A DNA stretch of 64,000 nucleotides, taken from Candidatus Hydrogenedentota bacterium (GTDB lineage: Bacteria; Hydrogenedentota; Hydrogenedentia; Hydrogenedentales; SLHB01). Shown one piece after another: positions 19,901-31,499 of the stretch. The stretch is from the NCBI GenBank assembly GCA_963745075.1, contig CAVUWV010000027.1:128001-192000 (forward strand). Direction: 5' to 3'. Each line of letters begins with the position of its first letter. Within the stretch, counting starts at the first letter, position 1. The position numbers were made by a program, and so were the translations under genes. A model generated the notes under the pieces. It saw nothing but the letters and a program-made list of their open reading frames with translations, was not told where the DNA came from and made no database searches.

Positions 19901-20979
19901 GGGCCCGAGTCAAAGGCACCGTCCAACGCGGTGGACAACCCTTGTCCGATGGCGGTATCAGCGGCGAAGTGTTGACCCTCGAAGACGATGCCGTCCAGCC
20001 GCCGGTGCAGTGGATGCTCAACACCGTCACGCACGTGGACGGCAGCTACGAATTTGATTTCCTGCCTGCGCAACCAATCCGCATTGGCTACATGGTCATT
20101 GGCGACCGCCACGCCGAAATGTCGCATACGGGTCTGATCGAGCCGAAACCCGGTGAAGCTTGTACTCTCGACCTCGGTGTGGCCGGCAGCACCGCCGAGG
20201 GCCATATTGATCCCCGCAACGTCGACGCTTTAACCGCCTTTCGCGAAGCGGTTGAGCAGAAGGTCGTCATCGCCGTCGCCGAACGACTCCCCGGCGATGA
20301 CAAGCAGCTTCCCGAGGCCTACCACGAGGAGTACGTACCGACGCTGCAACCCGACGGTACAATTCAGCTCGATGGCCTCCGTCCCGGAAGGTATCACTTG
20401 CGCCTCGAGGTGCGCACACCGTCCCCCGACATGACCTGCGGTGTCGGCAGAGCGCGTTGGACGGGAGAACAAGATTTTCAAGTGCCGGCGAACGTGTCGA
20501 AGGCACTATCGATACCCCCTATCCAACTCGAAGCAGCGTCCGTCCCTTTGGCTGGCGACACCGCGCCCGACCTGCGCGCATGGACTTTCGGCAAAGAGGA
20601 GTTCGACTTGGCAAAACTGCGCGGCCACTGGGTCTTGCTCGACTTTTGGGCCATGTGGTGCCCGCCCTGCCGCAACGGACTGCTGCGGCTCAAACCACTA
20701 TGGGAACGGTTCGGCGCAACCGGCAAAGTCGCAATTGTCGGGGTGAACTTCGACCGGGAAACCGAAGCGGCCGAGCAGTACATCCAGGAACAACATCTTG
20801 GGTGGAAGCAAATCGGCGCCGAAGGCTGGGGCCCGGAGAACGTCATCATCGGCGACTGGGGTCTTACGGCCATCCCGTCCCTCTGGCTCATCGGTCCGGA
20901 CGGCACCGTCGTCGCCCGCGACCTCGACTTAGCCGGAGCGGAAGTGGCTTTGGAAACCGCCATCGGAAACACAAACTAA
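16985..20979 (+). CDS. ECF sigma-70 factor fused to a TM helix, carboxypeptidase-regulatory-like repeats and a C-terminal TlpA-like thioredoxin (two +1 frameshifts near 17420 and 17514)
   Basis: Region 2 (AEDVVQECF...WLHRVATN); region 4 continues in a second frame as LGMTRSGVTRRIQRGIEAIR, then a third frame joins ORF 17626-20979 via SATLAGLLAANAAEAAPAA...LAKLAL. C-terminus LLDFWAMWCPPC...IPSLWLIGPDG. About 1330 aa when repaired. Confidence 0.8.
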
Positions 20980-21165
20980 CCTAACGTATCTCCAACCAGC
21001 AGACTCGGCCCCGTACTGCCGCGCTTGCCAAGCGCGGCATCTCACGTGGCTTGGGCATCCCTGCCCAAGGTCTCTGCGGCGCCGCCCAATCATGTACCAT
21101 ATCCAAACCAGAAGATTGTCTCAGTCGCCAGCTTCGTTTCAGCACTTTCATGGGGGAGATCGTTC

Positions 21166-24045
21166 ATGAACGCCTGCATCGCAACACTACTTGTCCTCGC
21201 GGCTCAACCGTTGAACGTGGCTATTCTCCACGTGGACGGCCTTACCCAAGATGGCCCCTCATTCATTGACGGAAACTACACGCCCGTTGACGTCGACAGC
21301 ATTGCAAGACTCGATCCCGATACGCTGTTGGTCCTTCCTCAACCGCAGTCCTTTCCCGCGGTCGGTATCTCCTTCATCGAAGCGTTCATCGGAAAAGGAG
21401 GCCATCTTCTGGCGGTTGGCGGGCCCCCGTTTCAGACCTTGGTGTATCAACGCAGCGACGGTGCTTGGGTTGATCTCGAAGACTTGCTCGCTGAAGTAAA
21501 GCCAGAGCACCCTTTGGTGGACTGGGATGCTGTCAACGCCGCTCCGCCGCGGCGGGGGTCCGGCCGTTCGCCCGCGAAGGCGACCTACACACCGCTTCCG
21601 AATGGATACACCGCGGATTTGGATATGCCCGAAGCCGCGAGTTGGGAGGTCCGCGAAATTCCGGTTCAGACACCGCCTCCACCGGGCGACGATGTCCTGC
21701 GGCTTCGCGTGTCCGGCCAAGCTCCGCCAAAAACGTTGCTCGTCGAAGTCCGGGAAACAGATGGGTCGCGTTGGATGACGAAAGTGGCGTTGACTTCGGA
21801 GCCACGCGAAGTCGGCATCCATCGCAACGCATTCGCCTTCTGGCACGATGGTTCCCCGCCCAATCGTGGGTTCAAAGGGGACATGCCCGACTTCTCGAAG
21901 CTGGCTGCGCTGCAAGTCGGGTTCGCTGCAAGTCATCAACGTCTCGATGCGGGGCATTACACCTACACAATCGAAGGCGTCGCCACCGGCCGGTGCGGCG
22001 CAGAAGTCGTGATGGCGAATCCACCGCGGCTGGAAGGGCTCAGCCCGTCCTATAAGCTGTTTTCCGCAACCGCGGCCCGAACGCAATGGCTTGGTCCTTT
22101 CGCCGGTCATCTGCTGGACGTGCCTGCGGCGATCGTGTCCCCCATCGCGCGGCCCATGCACGACGGCGCGGAACGCGACTACGTGTGGCAACCTCACGCG
22201 AAGGCCTTTAAGGACACGGGGCAATGGATCGCCACACCCTTGTCCACGACGTGGCACAACAGCGGTGCGACGTGGTCGTTCCTCGGGTGGCAACCGAAAC
22301 CGGATGAACTCGCGGCGATCGTAACCAGGCTGGCGTCCGTCCTTGCCGACGGAAAACCCGACCTGCCGGCACCCGCCCTCGAAGACGATCCATCGCAAGG
22401 CCCCACGGTATCGGTGGCGGATGGACGCTTTATGCTGGACGGCAAACCCTGGTTCGCCAACGGCATCAACTTCTGGCCCCTCTACGTGTCGGGCATGGAG
22501 CCGCCGGAGTATTACTCGCATTGGCTGAATAGCTCCGACTACATTCCCGAATTGGTCGAACAGGATCTGGCGATTCTGGAAGCGGTCGGCGTGAATCTTG
22601 TCAGCATCCAATACGAGCGGGTCGAGGAAGTGCCGCAACTGCACGATCTTCTCGCGCGCTGCGGCCGTCACGGGATTAAGGTCAACATCTTTCTTCGCGG
22701 CGCCCATCCGATTCATCCGGACGCGTCGGACGATCTCTCGCAGCGACCTTACCTTGAACTGATGCGCGCCGCGAACCTGCGCGGCAATCCCCACGTCTTC
22801 GCATACGACCTTGCCTGGGAACCGCGATTGGGGCTCTTCGATGAACGTCAACGTCTGGACCCCTTGTTCGAAGCATGGGTCAAAACGCAATACGAGTCGA
22901 TCGAGCACGCGGAAGAAGTCTGGCAATGCCCCGCGAACCGGTCCGATGGGAAACTGACCGGCCCCACCAACGACCAGTTGCGCATCGACGGCCCGCACCG
23001 CGTGATGGTCGCCGCCTACCGCCGCTTTGCCGACGACCTCATCAGCCGGCGCTACGGCGAGGTTGTGCGTTTGGCCAGGGAAATCGACGATACCCATCTC
23101 TTTGGTGCGCGTACCGGATACGGCGGCACCGGCACCCGGGGCGTGGTCGCCATCATGCCTTTCCAGCTCACCAGCGGCGCGGCCCACTTGGATTTCCTGT
23201 CACCCGAAGGGTACGGCTACGGCCCCGATAACATTGCCGACGCCGCACTTGTCACCGCATATGCACGCTGGGCCGGAAACGGAAAGCCCGTCTTCTGGGC
23301 CGAGTTTGGGTATTCCGTACTCGGCGGCGGGTCGGAGGCCCTCCAAACGCAGGCCGAACTTTACGGAGCATTCGCAGACATGATCGCGCGAAGCGACGCC
23401 GACGGCTGGGCCGGCTGGTGGTACCCGGGCGGCCGGCGTGTGGATGAACGGAGTGACTTCGGAATCGTCGCGCCCGATAGCGTACCCCGTCCGGCGACGC
23501 AACATCTACACGCCCTGGCGGACCGCGCGGCTGCCCTGTCCGGATATGTCACTTCGGGCCAATTACTTAGCGTACAACGGGATGGTTCGTCCAACGGCCT
23601 GACCGGCGTGATCGAGCGGAATTCAGACACCTTTTCAAAGTTCTATCGTGAAGGGAACATCCCTTCCATCGTGACACCGGGAACGGGAACGACCTCACTG
23701 ATTTGTCCCTATACCGGCATTGGGGGCGTGCCTTACGAAGCGCCCGGTCCGCCCGAGTATCTGAACGCCGAACTCTGGGTGGAACACACGGAAGGGGGCA
23801 CCATTCGGGTGCATGTTTTGAACACGGGCGAAGCCCAATGGGTACCTGATGATTGTGTGCTCGTGCTGGAAGGGCGGACCGAGCCCCAACTGGTGTCGAT
23901 ACCTGCTCCGATAGACCGGTTTCAACAATTTGACCACGAGATTTCTGCTCCGCTACCGGACCGGGTCTTCATGCAATCGAAACGATTTGGCGCTTTCGGG
24001 AAACGGGCGGTTCCTGGGGGGAACGGTCCGCAAAATGTCGAATAA
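21166..24045 (+). CDS. Secreted multidomain clan GH-A glycoside hydrolase (GH5/GH2/GH42-like)
   Basis: Short signal-like N-terminus; FMLDGKPWFANGINFWP, acid/base-like YDLAWEP and nucleophile-like PVFWAEFG; family not resolvable by eye. Confidence 0.7.
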   Translation: MNACIATLLVLAAQPLNVAILHVDGLTQDGPSFIDGNYTPVDVDSIARLDPDTLLVLPQPQSFPAVGISFIEAFIGKGGHLLAVGGPPFQTLVYQRSDGAWVDLEDLLAEVKPEHPLVDWDAVNAAPPRRGSGRSPAKATYTPLPNGYTADLDMPEAASWEVREIPVQTPPPPGDDVLRLRVSGQAPPKTLLVEVRETDGSRWMTKVALTSEPREVGIHRNAFAFWHDGSPPNRGFKGDMPDFSKLAALQVGFAASHQRLDAGHYTYTIEGVATGRCGAEVVMANPPRLEGLSPSYKLFSATAARTQWLGPFAGHLLDVPAAIVSPIARPMHDGAERDYVWQPHAKAFKDTGQWIATPLSTTWHNSGATWSFLGWQPKPDELAAIVTRLASVLADGKPDLPAPALEDDPSQGPTVSVADGRFMLDGKPWFANGINFWPLYVSGMEPPEYYSHWLNSSDYIPELVEQDLAILEAVGVNLVSIQYERVEEVPQLHDLLARCGRHGIKVNIFLRGAHPIHPDASDDLSQRPYLELMRAANLRGNPHVFAYDLAWEPRLGLFDERQRLDPLFEAWVKTQYESIEHAEEVWQCPANRSDGKLTGPTNDQLRIDGPHRVMVAAYRRFADDLISRRYGEVVRLAREIDDTHLFGARTGYGGTGTRGVVAIMPFQLTSGAAHLDFLSPEGYGYGPDNIADAALVTAYARWAGNGKPVFWAEFGYSVLGGGSEALQTQAELYGAFADMIARSDADGWAGWWYPGGRRVDERSDFGIVAPDSVPRPATQHLHALADRAAALSGYVTSGQLLSVQRDGSSNGLTGVIERNSDTFSKFYREGNIPSIVTPGTGTTSLICPYTGIGGVPYEAPGPPEYLNAELWVEHTEGGTIRVHVLNTGEAQWVPDDCVLVLEGRTEPQLVSIPAPIDRFQQFDHEISAPLPDRVFMQSKRFGAFGKRAVPGGNGPQNVE

Positions 24046-24495
24046 AGAGGGGCTCGCCACGCGTTGATCTAATCGTGAAAAATAGAGCAATTTAGATATC
24101 GGTTCGCGAAGAAATTGGCCTAGTATTGGCCTTGAATAGTCCTTTTATTCCCTTTGTTTATAGGCGTTGGCTGCATTTCCACGTTCTTGAAAACGTTGTT
24201 GTTTTAGTGCGGATTTTGTGGCAAAATAGGAGCACTTGCGCGTTTGGTGCAGTTTTTGGCCCACGCGAGTCTGGCTGAGGGTTGTTCGCCGATCCGGGTT
24301 CTTCCGGTTTCGACGGCTGCGGCCCGGGAATACGAGTTCCGGGGGCCCAGTCTCCGGCAAATTCACTCTCCGGATGAACAGATTCTCCCATTTCCCCGAG
24401 ATGAATCGCTCTATGGAAGGGGTTTCGGAGTTCCAAGGACATATCGGCCGAAGCCAAGGAAGGCGTGGCCACTGGCTTCGGGTCGACAATAGGAT

Positions 24496-25881
24496 ATGAC
24501 GATGGCTGTACACAAGATTAAGAAGGGGTTGGATCTCCCCATCGCGGGCGCACCCGTACAGGAAATCGAGACCGCCCGGTCGCCCAAGAGCGTTGCCATT
24601 CTTGGTGACGACTACATCGGGATGAAACCCACCATGGCGGTCAAAGTCGGTGACGCCGTGAAGCGGGGGCAACTGCTTTTCGAAGACAAGAAGACCCCGG
24701 GGGTCCGGTTTACAGCCCTCGGCGCGGGAACGGTTACGGCTGTCAACCGGGGCGCAAAACGCGCTTTTCAGTCGCTCGTCATGGAACTGAACGAGGCCGA
24801 GCGCAAGGGTGCGGTTTCCGAAGCGGACGTCGCCTCCTTCGAGAATTTCACCGGAAACGATCCCGCCGGGCTCAGCCGCGACCAAATCTCCGCCCTGCTG
24901 GTGGAATCCGGCCTTTGGACTGCGTTCCGGACGCGCCCCTTCAGCAAAGTCCCGGAACCGGGTACGGAACCCCACTCCATCTTCGTTACCGCCATTGACA
25001 CCAACCCGTTGGCGCCGTTGGTGGAGAAGATTCTCGCCGGTCGCGAGGAAGATTTTCAGCATGGCCTGATTTGCATCGCCAAATTGACGGAAGGCAAGAC
25101 CTTCCTCTGCAAAGCTAAAGGCGCGGCGATACCGGCCAATCCGAATACCGGCATTACCATTGAAGAGTTTGAAGGGGGTCATCCAGCCGGGAACGCTGGG
25201 CTTCACATCCACCTGCTCGATCCTGTCCACCGTGAAAAGACGGTCTGGAGTATTGGCCTGCAGGATGTGGTCGCCATCGGTCACTTGTTCAAAACGGGCC
25301 AACTCGATGTCGCGCGTGTCGTTTCGCTGGCGGGACCCATGGTGCAAAACCCGCGTTTGTTACGCACCCGGCTCGGGGCATCCACCGACGACCTCACGGA
25401 CGGCGAGTTAAAAGACGGCGAGAACCGGGTGATTTCGGGTTCGGTTTTGTCGGGTCGCCAGGCGCAAGGTGAGGTACACGGCTTTATTGGCCGGTACCAT
25501 CAACAGATCTCCGTGATTCGGGAAGGCCGGGAACGTGAGTTCCTCGGCTGGCTCGCGCCAGGAAAGAATAAGTTCTCCATCCTGAACGTTTTTGTTTCGC
25601 GCCTGTCGACCAAGAAAGAATTCGAGTTTACGACCACGACCAACGGGTCTGAACGCGCCATGGTCCCCATTGGCATGTACGAAAAGGTTATGCCAATGGA
25701 TATCCTGCCGACCCACCTGCTGCGTTCACTGGTTTCGGAGGATATCGAAACCGCAGAGAAACTCGGATGTCTCGAACTCGATGAAGAAGATCTGGCCTTG
25801 TGCACGTTTGTCTGCCCCGGTAAATATGACTACGGAATCATTCTCCGCAAGAATCTCGACGTGATTGATAGGGAAGGCTGA
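24496..25881 (+). CDS. nqrA: Na+-translocating NADH:quinone reductase subunit A
   Basis: [39 protein letters not shown]; first gene of the nqr operon. Confidence 0.97.
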   Translation: MTMAVHKIKKGLDLPIAGAPVQEIETARSPKSVAILGDDYIGMKPTMAVKVGDAVKRGQLLFEDKKTPGVRFTALGAGTVTAVNRGAKRAFQSLVMELNEAERKGAVSEADVASFENFTGNDPAGLSRDQISALLVESGLWTAFRTRPFSKVPEPGTEPHSIFVTAIDTNPLAPLVEKILAGREEDFQHGLICIAKLTEGKTFLCKAKGAAIPANPNTGITIEEFEGGHPAGNAGLHIHLLDPVHREKTVWSIGLQDVVAIGHLFKTGQLDVARVVSLAGPMVQNPRLLRTRLGASTDDLTDGELKDGENRVISGSVLSGRQAQGEVHGFIGRYHQQISVIREGREREFLGWLAPGKNKFSILNVFVSRLSTKKEFEFTTTTNGSERAMVPIGMYEKVMPMDILPTHLLRSLVSEDIETAEKLGCLELDEEDLALCTFVCPGKYDYGIILRKNLDVIDREG

Positions 25882-27101
25882 TGAAGTTCCTACGTAACCT
25901 GCAGGAAAAACAACGTCCGCTGTTTGAAAAGGGCGGCAAGCTCGAGAAGCTCCATCCGCTCTTCGAGGCGAACGACACCTTTCTGTTTACCCCCGGAAAG
26001 GTGACCCACGCCGCGTCCCACGTGCGGGACGGTATTGACTTGAAACGCATGATGAGTGTTGTCGTCCTCGCGCTCCTTCCGTGCATGGCCATGGCGATGT
26101 TCAACACCGGGTTTCAGGCGAATCTTGCGGTGGAAGGCGGCGCCGGCGTCTGGCATGGGTGGCAAACCAGTGTGTATGAGGGCCTCGGCCTGCCGCACAG
26201 TTCCAGCAATTACCTCGCGTGTTTCCTCTACGGCGCCCTGTTCTTCCTGCCCGTCTATATCGTGACGCTGGTCGCGGGCGGGTTTTGGGAAGTCTTGTTT
26301 GCCATCGTTCGCAAGCACGAAGTCAACGAAGGGTTCCTTGTTACCAGCGCCCTTTTCCCCCTGATCCTGCCGCCCACGATTCCCCTTTGGCAGGTGGCCA
26401 TCGGGATCAGCTTCGGCGTGGTCATCGGCAAGGAGATTTTCGGCGGCACCGGCATGAATATCTTCAATCCCGCCTTGGTGTCCCGCGCGTTTCTGTTCTT
26501 CGCCTATCCCGCACAAATATCCGGCGACAAGGTATGGATCGCGGCGAAGACCTCGGCCGATGCGTACAGCGGCGCAACATGGCTGGCCCAGGCATCGGAA
26601 AGCGGAATCAGCGTACTGCGCGACGGCCTGGGTTGGTGGCACGCCTTCTTCGGCCTCGAGCCCGGCTCCATGGGGGAGACTTCCGCCTTCTTTGCCCTGC
26701 TCGGCGCGGTCGTGTTGATTGTCACGGGCGTCGGCTCCTGGCGCACCATGGTGGGGTGTCTCCTCGGCAGTTTCGCCATGTCGACCTTGCTCAACGTCAT
26801 CGGATCTGATACGAATCCCTTCTTCAGCGTGCCGTTCTACTGGCACTGGGTGATCGGCAGTTTCGCCTTTGCGGCGGTCTTCATGGCCACCGACCCCGTC
26901 TCCTCCGCATTCACCCATACTGGGAAATGGCTTTACGGAATCGGCATCGGCGTCATGGGTATCCTGGTTCGCGTAATCAACCCGGCGTATCCCGAGGGGT
27001 GGATGCTCGCAATCTTGTTCATGAACATGTTTGCCCCGTTGATCGACCATTTCGTCGTGAAAGGGAATATCAAACGGAGGTTAGCGCGCAGTGCGGCTTA
27101 A
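25881..27101 (+). CDS. nqrB: Na+-NQR subunit B
   Basis: HVRDGIDLKRMM, GKEIFGGTG, FMN site SGAT, MATDPVS; TGATG overlap with nqrA. Confidence 0.97.
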   Translation: MKFLRNLQEKQRPLFEKGGKLEKLHPLFEANDTFLFTPGKVTHAASHVRDGIDLKRMMSVVVLALLPCMAMAMFNTGFQANLAVEGGAGVWHGWQTSVYEGLGLPHSSSNYLACFLYGALFFLPVYIVTLVAGGFWEVLFAIVRKHEVNEGFLVTSALFPLILPPTIPLWQVAIGISFGVVIGKEIFGGTGMNIFNPALVSRAFLFFAYPAQISGDKVWIAAKTSADAYSGATWLAQASESGISVLRDGLGWWHAFFGLEPGSMGETSAFFALLGAVVLIVTGVGSWRTMVGCLLGSFAMSTLLNVIGSDTNPFFSVPFYWHWVIGSFAFAAVFMATDPVSSAFTHTGKWLYGIGIGVMGILVRVINPAYPEGWMLAILFMNMFAPLIDHFVVKGNIKRRLARSAA

Positions 27102-27876
27102 TGACACAGTCTATACGTTTATGTTCGCGGGCGTGGTGTGCCTGATCTGCTCCTTGCTCGTTTCCACCAGCGCCGTCACACTTCGGGCGAAGCAGGAAGC
27201 CAACAAGCTGCTGGACCGGCAAGAGAAGGTGTTGGCGGTCAGCGGTCTGACGAAAGAGGGCGAGTCCGTGTCGCCCGAGGAAGTTCGCGAACTGTTCGCG
27301 ACGAAAATCCAACCGCGCATTGTTAACCTCGAAAAGGGCGAATACGTTCCGGAAAGCGAAGTCAATCCCAAGACGTTCGATCAGCAAAAGGCCGCGAAAG
27401 ATCCGGCACGCAGCGAGAAGGCGCCCCAAAACAAAGCGCAGGTTCGCCGGATTCCAAACGACGCGCTCATCTACCAGGTCGTCGAGGACGGCAAGGTGAC
27501 GGAACTGATTCTTCCCGTCGAAGGCAAGGGCCTTTGGTCGACGCTCTACGGCTATCTCGCGCTGGACAAGGATACGACGACCATCAAAGGATTGACCTTC
27601 TACCAGGAGGCGGAAACGCCCGGACTCGGCGGCGAGATAGAGAATCCGAAGTGGTTGGCGCTTTGGCCCGGCCGCAAAGCTTACGGCCCGGACTGGAAAC
27701 CGGAGATCCGTGTGATTAAGGGACCCGCAGGCCCCCCCAGTGAAGCCCCCCATTCGGTGGACGGGTTGTCCGGCGCCACGCTGACCAGCAACGGCGTCAC
27801 GAATCTCCTGCAGTTCTGGCTCGGCGAAAACGGGTTTGGCCCCTACCTCAAGAATTTCCGCGAGAAAGGAAGCTAA
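27091..27876 (+). CDS. nqrC: Na+-NQR subunit C
   Basis: [25 protein letters not shown] site [14 protein letters not shown]. Confidence 0.97.
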   Translation: MRLNDTVYTFMFAGVVCLICSLLVSTSAVTLRAKQEANKLLDRQEKVLAVSGLTKEGESVSPEEVRELFATKIQPRIVNLEKGEYVPESEVNPKTFDQQKAAKDPARSEKAPQNKAQVRRIPNDALIYQVVEDGKVTELILPVEGKGLWSTLYGYLALDKDTTTIKGLTFYQEAETPGLGGEIENPKWLALWPGRKAYGPDWKPEIRVIKGPAGPPSEAPHSVDGLSGATLTSNGVTNLLQFWLGENGFGPYLKNFREKGS

Positions 27877-27880
27877 GACC

Positions 27881-28513
27881 ATGGCCTTCGGAAAACAAGA
27901 AAAAGCGGCGCTCATCGACCCGCTGTTCAATAACAATCCCATTGCCTTGCAGGTGCTGGGCATCTGTTCGGCATTGGCGGTGACGACCAAGCTCGACACG
28001 GCCCTGGTGATGTGCGTGGCCCTGACCGCCGTCACCGCGTTTTCGAGCGCGGCAGTCAGTTTCGTTCGTAATGCGGTCCCGAACAGCATTCGGATCATCG
28101 TACAGTTGGCGATTATCGCATCGCTCGTGATCATCACCGACCAGATTCTCCGGGCCTACCTCTACGATATCTCCAAACAGCTTTCCGTGTTTGTGGGGCT
28201 TATCATCACCAACTGCATCGTCATGGGCCGCGCCGAAGGGTACGCCATGCAGAACCCGCCGGTGTTGAGCTTTCTCGACGGTATCGGCAACGGGCTTGGA
28301 TACAGTCTGATCCTTCTCGTCACCGCTCTCCTGCGAGAATTCTTCGGCTCCGGCTCCATTTACGGCATGCAGATCCTGAAACCGGTCACCGAGGGCGGGT
28401 GGTACACGCCGAACGGTCTGATGCTGCTGGCGCCGGCTGCATTCTTCATCATCGGATTCTTAATCTGGGGCATCCGTACGTGGAAGCCCGAGCAAGTGGA
28501 AGAGGAGGGCTAA
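27881..28513 (+). CDS. nqrD: Na+-NQR subunit D
   Basis: [33 protein letters not shown]; start refined to ATG 27881. Confidence 0.97.
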   Translation: MAFGKQEKAALIDPLFNNNPIALQVLGICSALAVTTKLDTALVMCVALTAVTAFSSAAVSFVRNAVPNSIRIIVQLAIIASLVIITDQILRAYLYDISKQLSVFVGLIITNCIVMGRAEGYAMQNPPVLSFLDGIGNGLGYSLILLVTALLREFFGSGSIYGMQILKPVTEGGWYTPNGLMLLAPAAFFIIGFLIWGIRTWKPEQVEEEG

Positions 28514-28518
28514 CCGCT

Positions 28519-29139
28519 ATGGGTCTCGAGCATTATCTCAGCCTCGCGGTGCGATCCGTGTTCATCGAGAATATGGCCTTGGCCTATTTCCTGGGCATGT
28601 GTTCGTTTCTGGCCTGTTCGAAGAAAGTCGAAACGGCCATCGGATTGGGCTGCGCCGTGGTCTTCGTGCAGTCCATTACGATCCCGCTGAACAACCTTTT
28701 TCTGAAACACGTGTTGGCGGAAGGCGCCCTCGGCTGGATTCACCCCAGCCTTGCGAACGTTGATCTGACCTTTCTTGGGTTTATCACCTACATCGGCACC
28801 ATTGCGGCGGCGGTGCAGATTGTCGAGATGGCGCTGGACCGCTATGTTCCTGCGTTGTACTCGGCGCTTGGCGTATTCCTCCCCCTGATCGCCGTGAACT
28901 GCGCCATCTTAGGCGGTTCGTTGTTCATGGTCGAGCGCGACTACAACTTCCCCGAGAGCGTCGTGTTTGGTGTCGGTTCCGGGTTGGGGTGGGCGCTGGC
29001 TATCGTGGCCCTGGCCGCCGTTCGTGAGAAGATGAAATACAGCAACGTGCCCCACGGCTTGCGCGGGCTGGGCATGACGTTCCTTTTGACCGGTCTGATG
29101 GCGGTCGCCTTTATGGCGTTCGCCGGGATTCAGTTGTAA
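28519..29139 (+). CDS. nqrE: Na+-NQR subunit E
   Basis: [35 protein letters not shown] end; start refined to ATG 28519. Confidence 0.97.
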   Translation: MGLEHYLSLAVRSVFIENMALAYFLGMCSFLACSKKVETAIGLGCAVVFVQSITIPLNNLFLKHVLAEGALGWIHPSLANVDLTFLGFITYIGTIAAAVQIVEMALDRYVPALYSALGVFLPLIAVNCAILGGSLFMVERDYNFPESVVFGVGSGLGWALAIVALAAVREKMKYSNVPHGLRGLGMTFLLTGLMAVAFMAFAGIQL

Positions 29140-29169
29140 CCGCTACGCGCGCGATTGGGAGACGCACTT

Positions 29170-30400
29170 ATGCAGCTCATAGTCCTCGGCGTCATCATGT
29201 TCACGGCTATCATCCTCTTTTTGACGGCTGTGCTCCTTCTGGCCAAGGCCAAATTGGTCGCCAGCGGCGACGTGAACCTCAGTATCAACGACGATCCCGA
29301 GAATTCGATTACGGTCGCCGCGGGTGGCACACTGTTGAATACCCTGGCGGCGCGCAAGATTTTCATCCCTTCCGCATGCGGCGGCAAAGGTAGCTGCGGC
29401 GTCTGTAAAGTGACCGTGAAAGAAGGCGGTGGCGCATTGCTTCCCACGGAACTCAGTCACATCAGCCGCGGAGAAGCCCGCGAAGGGTGCCGCCTTTCCT
29501 GTCAGGTGAAGATCAAGAACGACATGAAGATCGAAATCCCTGCCGAGATCTTCAGCGTCAAGAAGTGGCAATGCAAGGTGCGGTCCAACAAGAACGTCGC
29601 AACATTCATCAAAGAACTCGTCCTCGAACTGCCCGAAGGTGAAGCGGTCCCCTTCCGGGCCGGCGGTTACATCCAGATCGAGTGCCCCCCGCACACCGTC
29701 CATTACAAGGATTTCGAAGTCGAAGAACGGTTCCGGGAAGATTGGGATAAGTTCGATATTTGGCGGTACACATCGAGTCTGCACCGAAAAGGTGGAGCGC
29801 GCGTACTCCATGGCGAACTATCCCGAGGAGAGCGGCATCATCATGCTCAACGTGCGCATCGCGTCGCCGCCGCCCCGGGCGCCGGAAGGAACGCCCCCCG
29901 GCATCATGTCTTCGTACATTTTCAGCTTGAAGCCCGGCGATGAAGTCACGATCTCCGGTCCCTTCGGAGAATTCTTCGCGCGCGACACCGACAACGAAAT
30001 GATCTTCATCGGTGGTGGCGCGGGGATGGCCCCGATGCGTTCCCATATCTTCGATCAGTTCCGGCGGCTGCATACCAAGCGGAAGGTGAGCTTCTGGTAC
30101 GGCGCACGCAGCATGCGCGAGGCCTTCTACGTCGATGATTTCAACTCGATCCAATCGGAAAACGAGAACTTCAAATGGCACCTCGCTCTCTCGGAACCGC
30201 TGGAAGAAGACAACTGGACCGGCCCGGTCGGGTTTATCCACAAAGTCTTGTACGACAACTACCTTAAAGATCATCCCGCGCCCGAAGACGTTGAATACTA
30301 CATCTGCGGACCGCCCATGATGAATACCGCCGTGATCAACATGCTGACCGACCTGGGCGTGGAACGCGAGAACATCCTGTTCGACGACTTCGGCGGTTAG
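29170..30400 (+). CDS. nqrF: Na+-NQR subunit F (one +1 frameshift near 29776)
   Basis: 2Fe-2S motif [12 protein letters not shown]...LSCQ in ORF 29155-29943; FAD/NADH domains [33 protein letters not shown] in ORF 29639-30400; frames join at [15 protein letters not shown]. Confidence 0.93.
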
Positions 30401-30417
30401 TCGAACGGCGATCTTTC

Positions 30418-31488
30418 ATGCAGCGTCACGCCGATAGGGAAGACGCGCCCGGGTGGCGTAACCACATCGTTCTCGGCGTCTTCATCGTGTCGCTGACGCT
30501 GGCGCTGTCCGCGTGTCACCGGCCTCCGGTCGTCTATCACATTACCGGCCCCACCATGGGGACGACCTTTTCGGTAAAGGTTTTGCCGAAAGATCCCGGC
30601 GAAGACCGGGGCGACGAACTCGGGAAGGTCATCAAGGCGCAACTCGATTCCGTCAACGGCAAGATGTCCACCTACCTTGACGACTCGGAGTTGTCCAAGT
30701 TCAATCATTCATCGAGCACGGATCCATTTCCGGTTTCGGACGACACGTTCAAGGTCTTTCAGCTTGCGCAGACGATCAGCGAGGCGACGAACGGCGCCTT
30801 CGACGTCACCGTCGGCCCCTTGGTGAATGCCTGGGGATTCGGACCGGACGGAATTGCGATCCAACCCCCGTCACCGGAGGTGCTGGAATCGCTCCATCAG
30901 CGCGTGGGGTACACAAAGATCGAATTGGATCCCGAGCACAAAACCATCCGGAAAACGCAGCCCGACGTGTACGCCGACCTGTCCGCCATCGCAAAGGGTT
31001 TTGGGGTCGACAAAGTGTTCGAGGCGCTTCGCTCGCTGGGTTACGAGAACGTCATGGTTGAGGTGGGCGGAGAAGTGCGCGCCGCCGGACACAACGACCG
31101 CGGCCAGCTCTGGCAAATCGCCATCGAAAAACCCATCTCGGACGGGCGCGTGGTCGAACGCATCGTCCAGTTGGACGACCTCGCGCTGGCCACGTCCGGC
31201 GATTATCGCAATTACTTCGAGGAGAACGGTGTGCGCATGTCCCACATCATCGATCCCCGCACCAACCGGCCCATCGCGCATAATCTGGCTTCCGCCAGTG
31301 TTCTCTCTAAGGAATGTGCTGTGGCAGACGGCTACGCCACGGCCATGATGGTGCTCGGGGCCGAAGAAGGCTACGAAACCGCCGTCCGCGAGAAGTTGGC
31401 CGTATTGTTCATCACGCGCGAGGATGATGGTACATTTGTAGAGAAAGCAACGCCGGAGTTCGAGCGCCTGGCGCCGAAACCGGATTAA
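30418..31488 (+). CDS. apbE: FAD:protein FMN transferase ApbE (lipoprotein)
   Basis: Lipobox LSAC, GPTMGT, DLSAIAKGFGVD, ATSGDYRNYFE, SHIIDPRT; follows nqrF. Confidence 0.96.
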   Translation: MQRHADREDAPGWRNHIVLGVFIVSLTLALSACHRPPVVYHITGPTMGTTFSVKVLPKDPGEDRGDELGKVIKAQLDSVNGKMSTYLDDSELSKFNHSSSTDPFPVSDDTFKVFQLAQTISEATNGAFDVTVGPLVNAWGFGPDGIAIQPPSPEVLESLHQRVGYTKIELDPEHKTIRKTQPDVYADLSAIAKGFGVDKVFEALRSLGYENVMVEVGGEVRAAGHNDRGQLWQIAIEKPISDGRVVERIVQLDDLALATSGDYRNYFEENGVRMSHIIDPRTNRPIAHNLASASVLSKECAVADGYATAMMVLGAEEGYETAVREKLAVLFITREDDGTFVEKATPEFERLAPKPD

Positions 31489-31499
31489 GGTGTAGACCT

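Noticed and set aside
17626..20979. Independent 1117-aa gene or separate anti-sigma factor
   Set aside because: The reading frame extends upstream as an Ala-rich linker that joins sigma region 4, so a single frameshifted gene fits better.
24046..24495. Riboswitch in the 450-nt nqrA upstream region
   Set aside because: No aptamer consensus or terminator/antiterminator pair that I could recognise; an Rfam scan would be needed.
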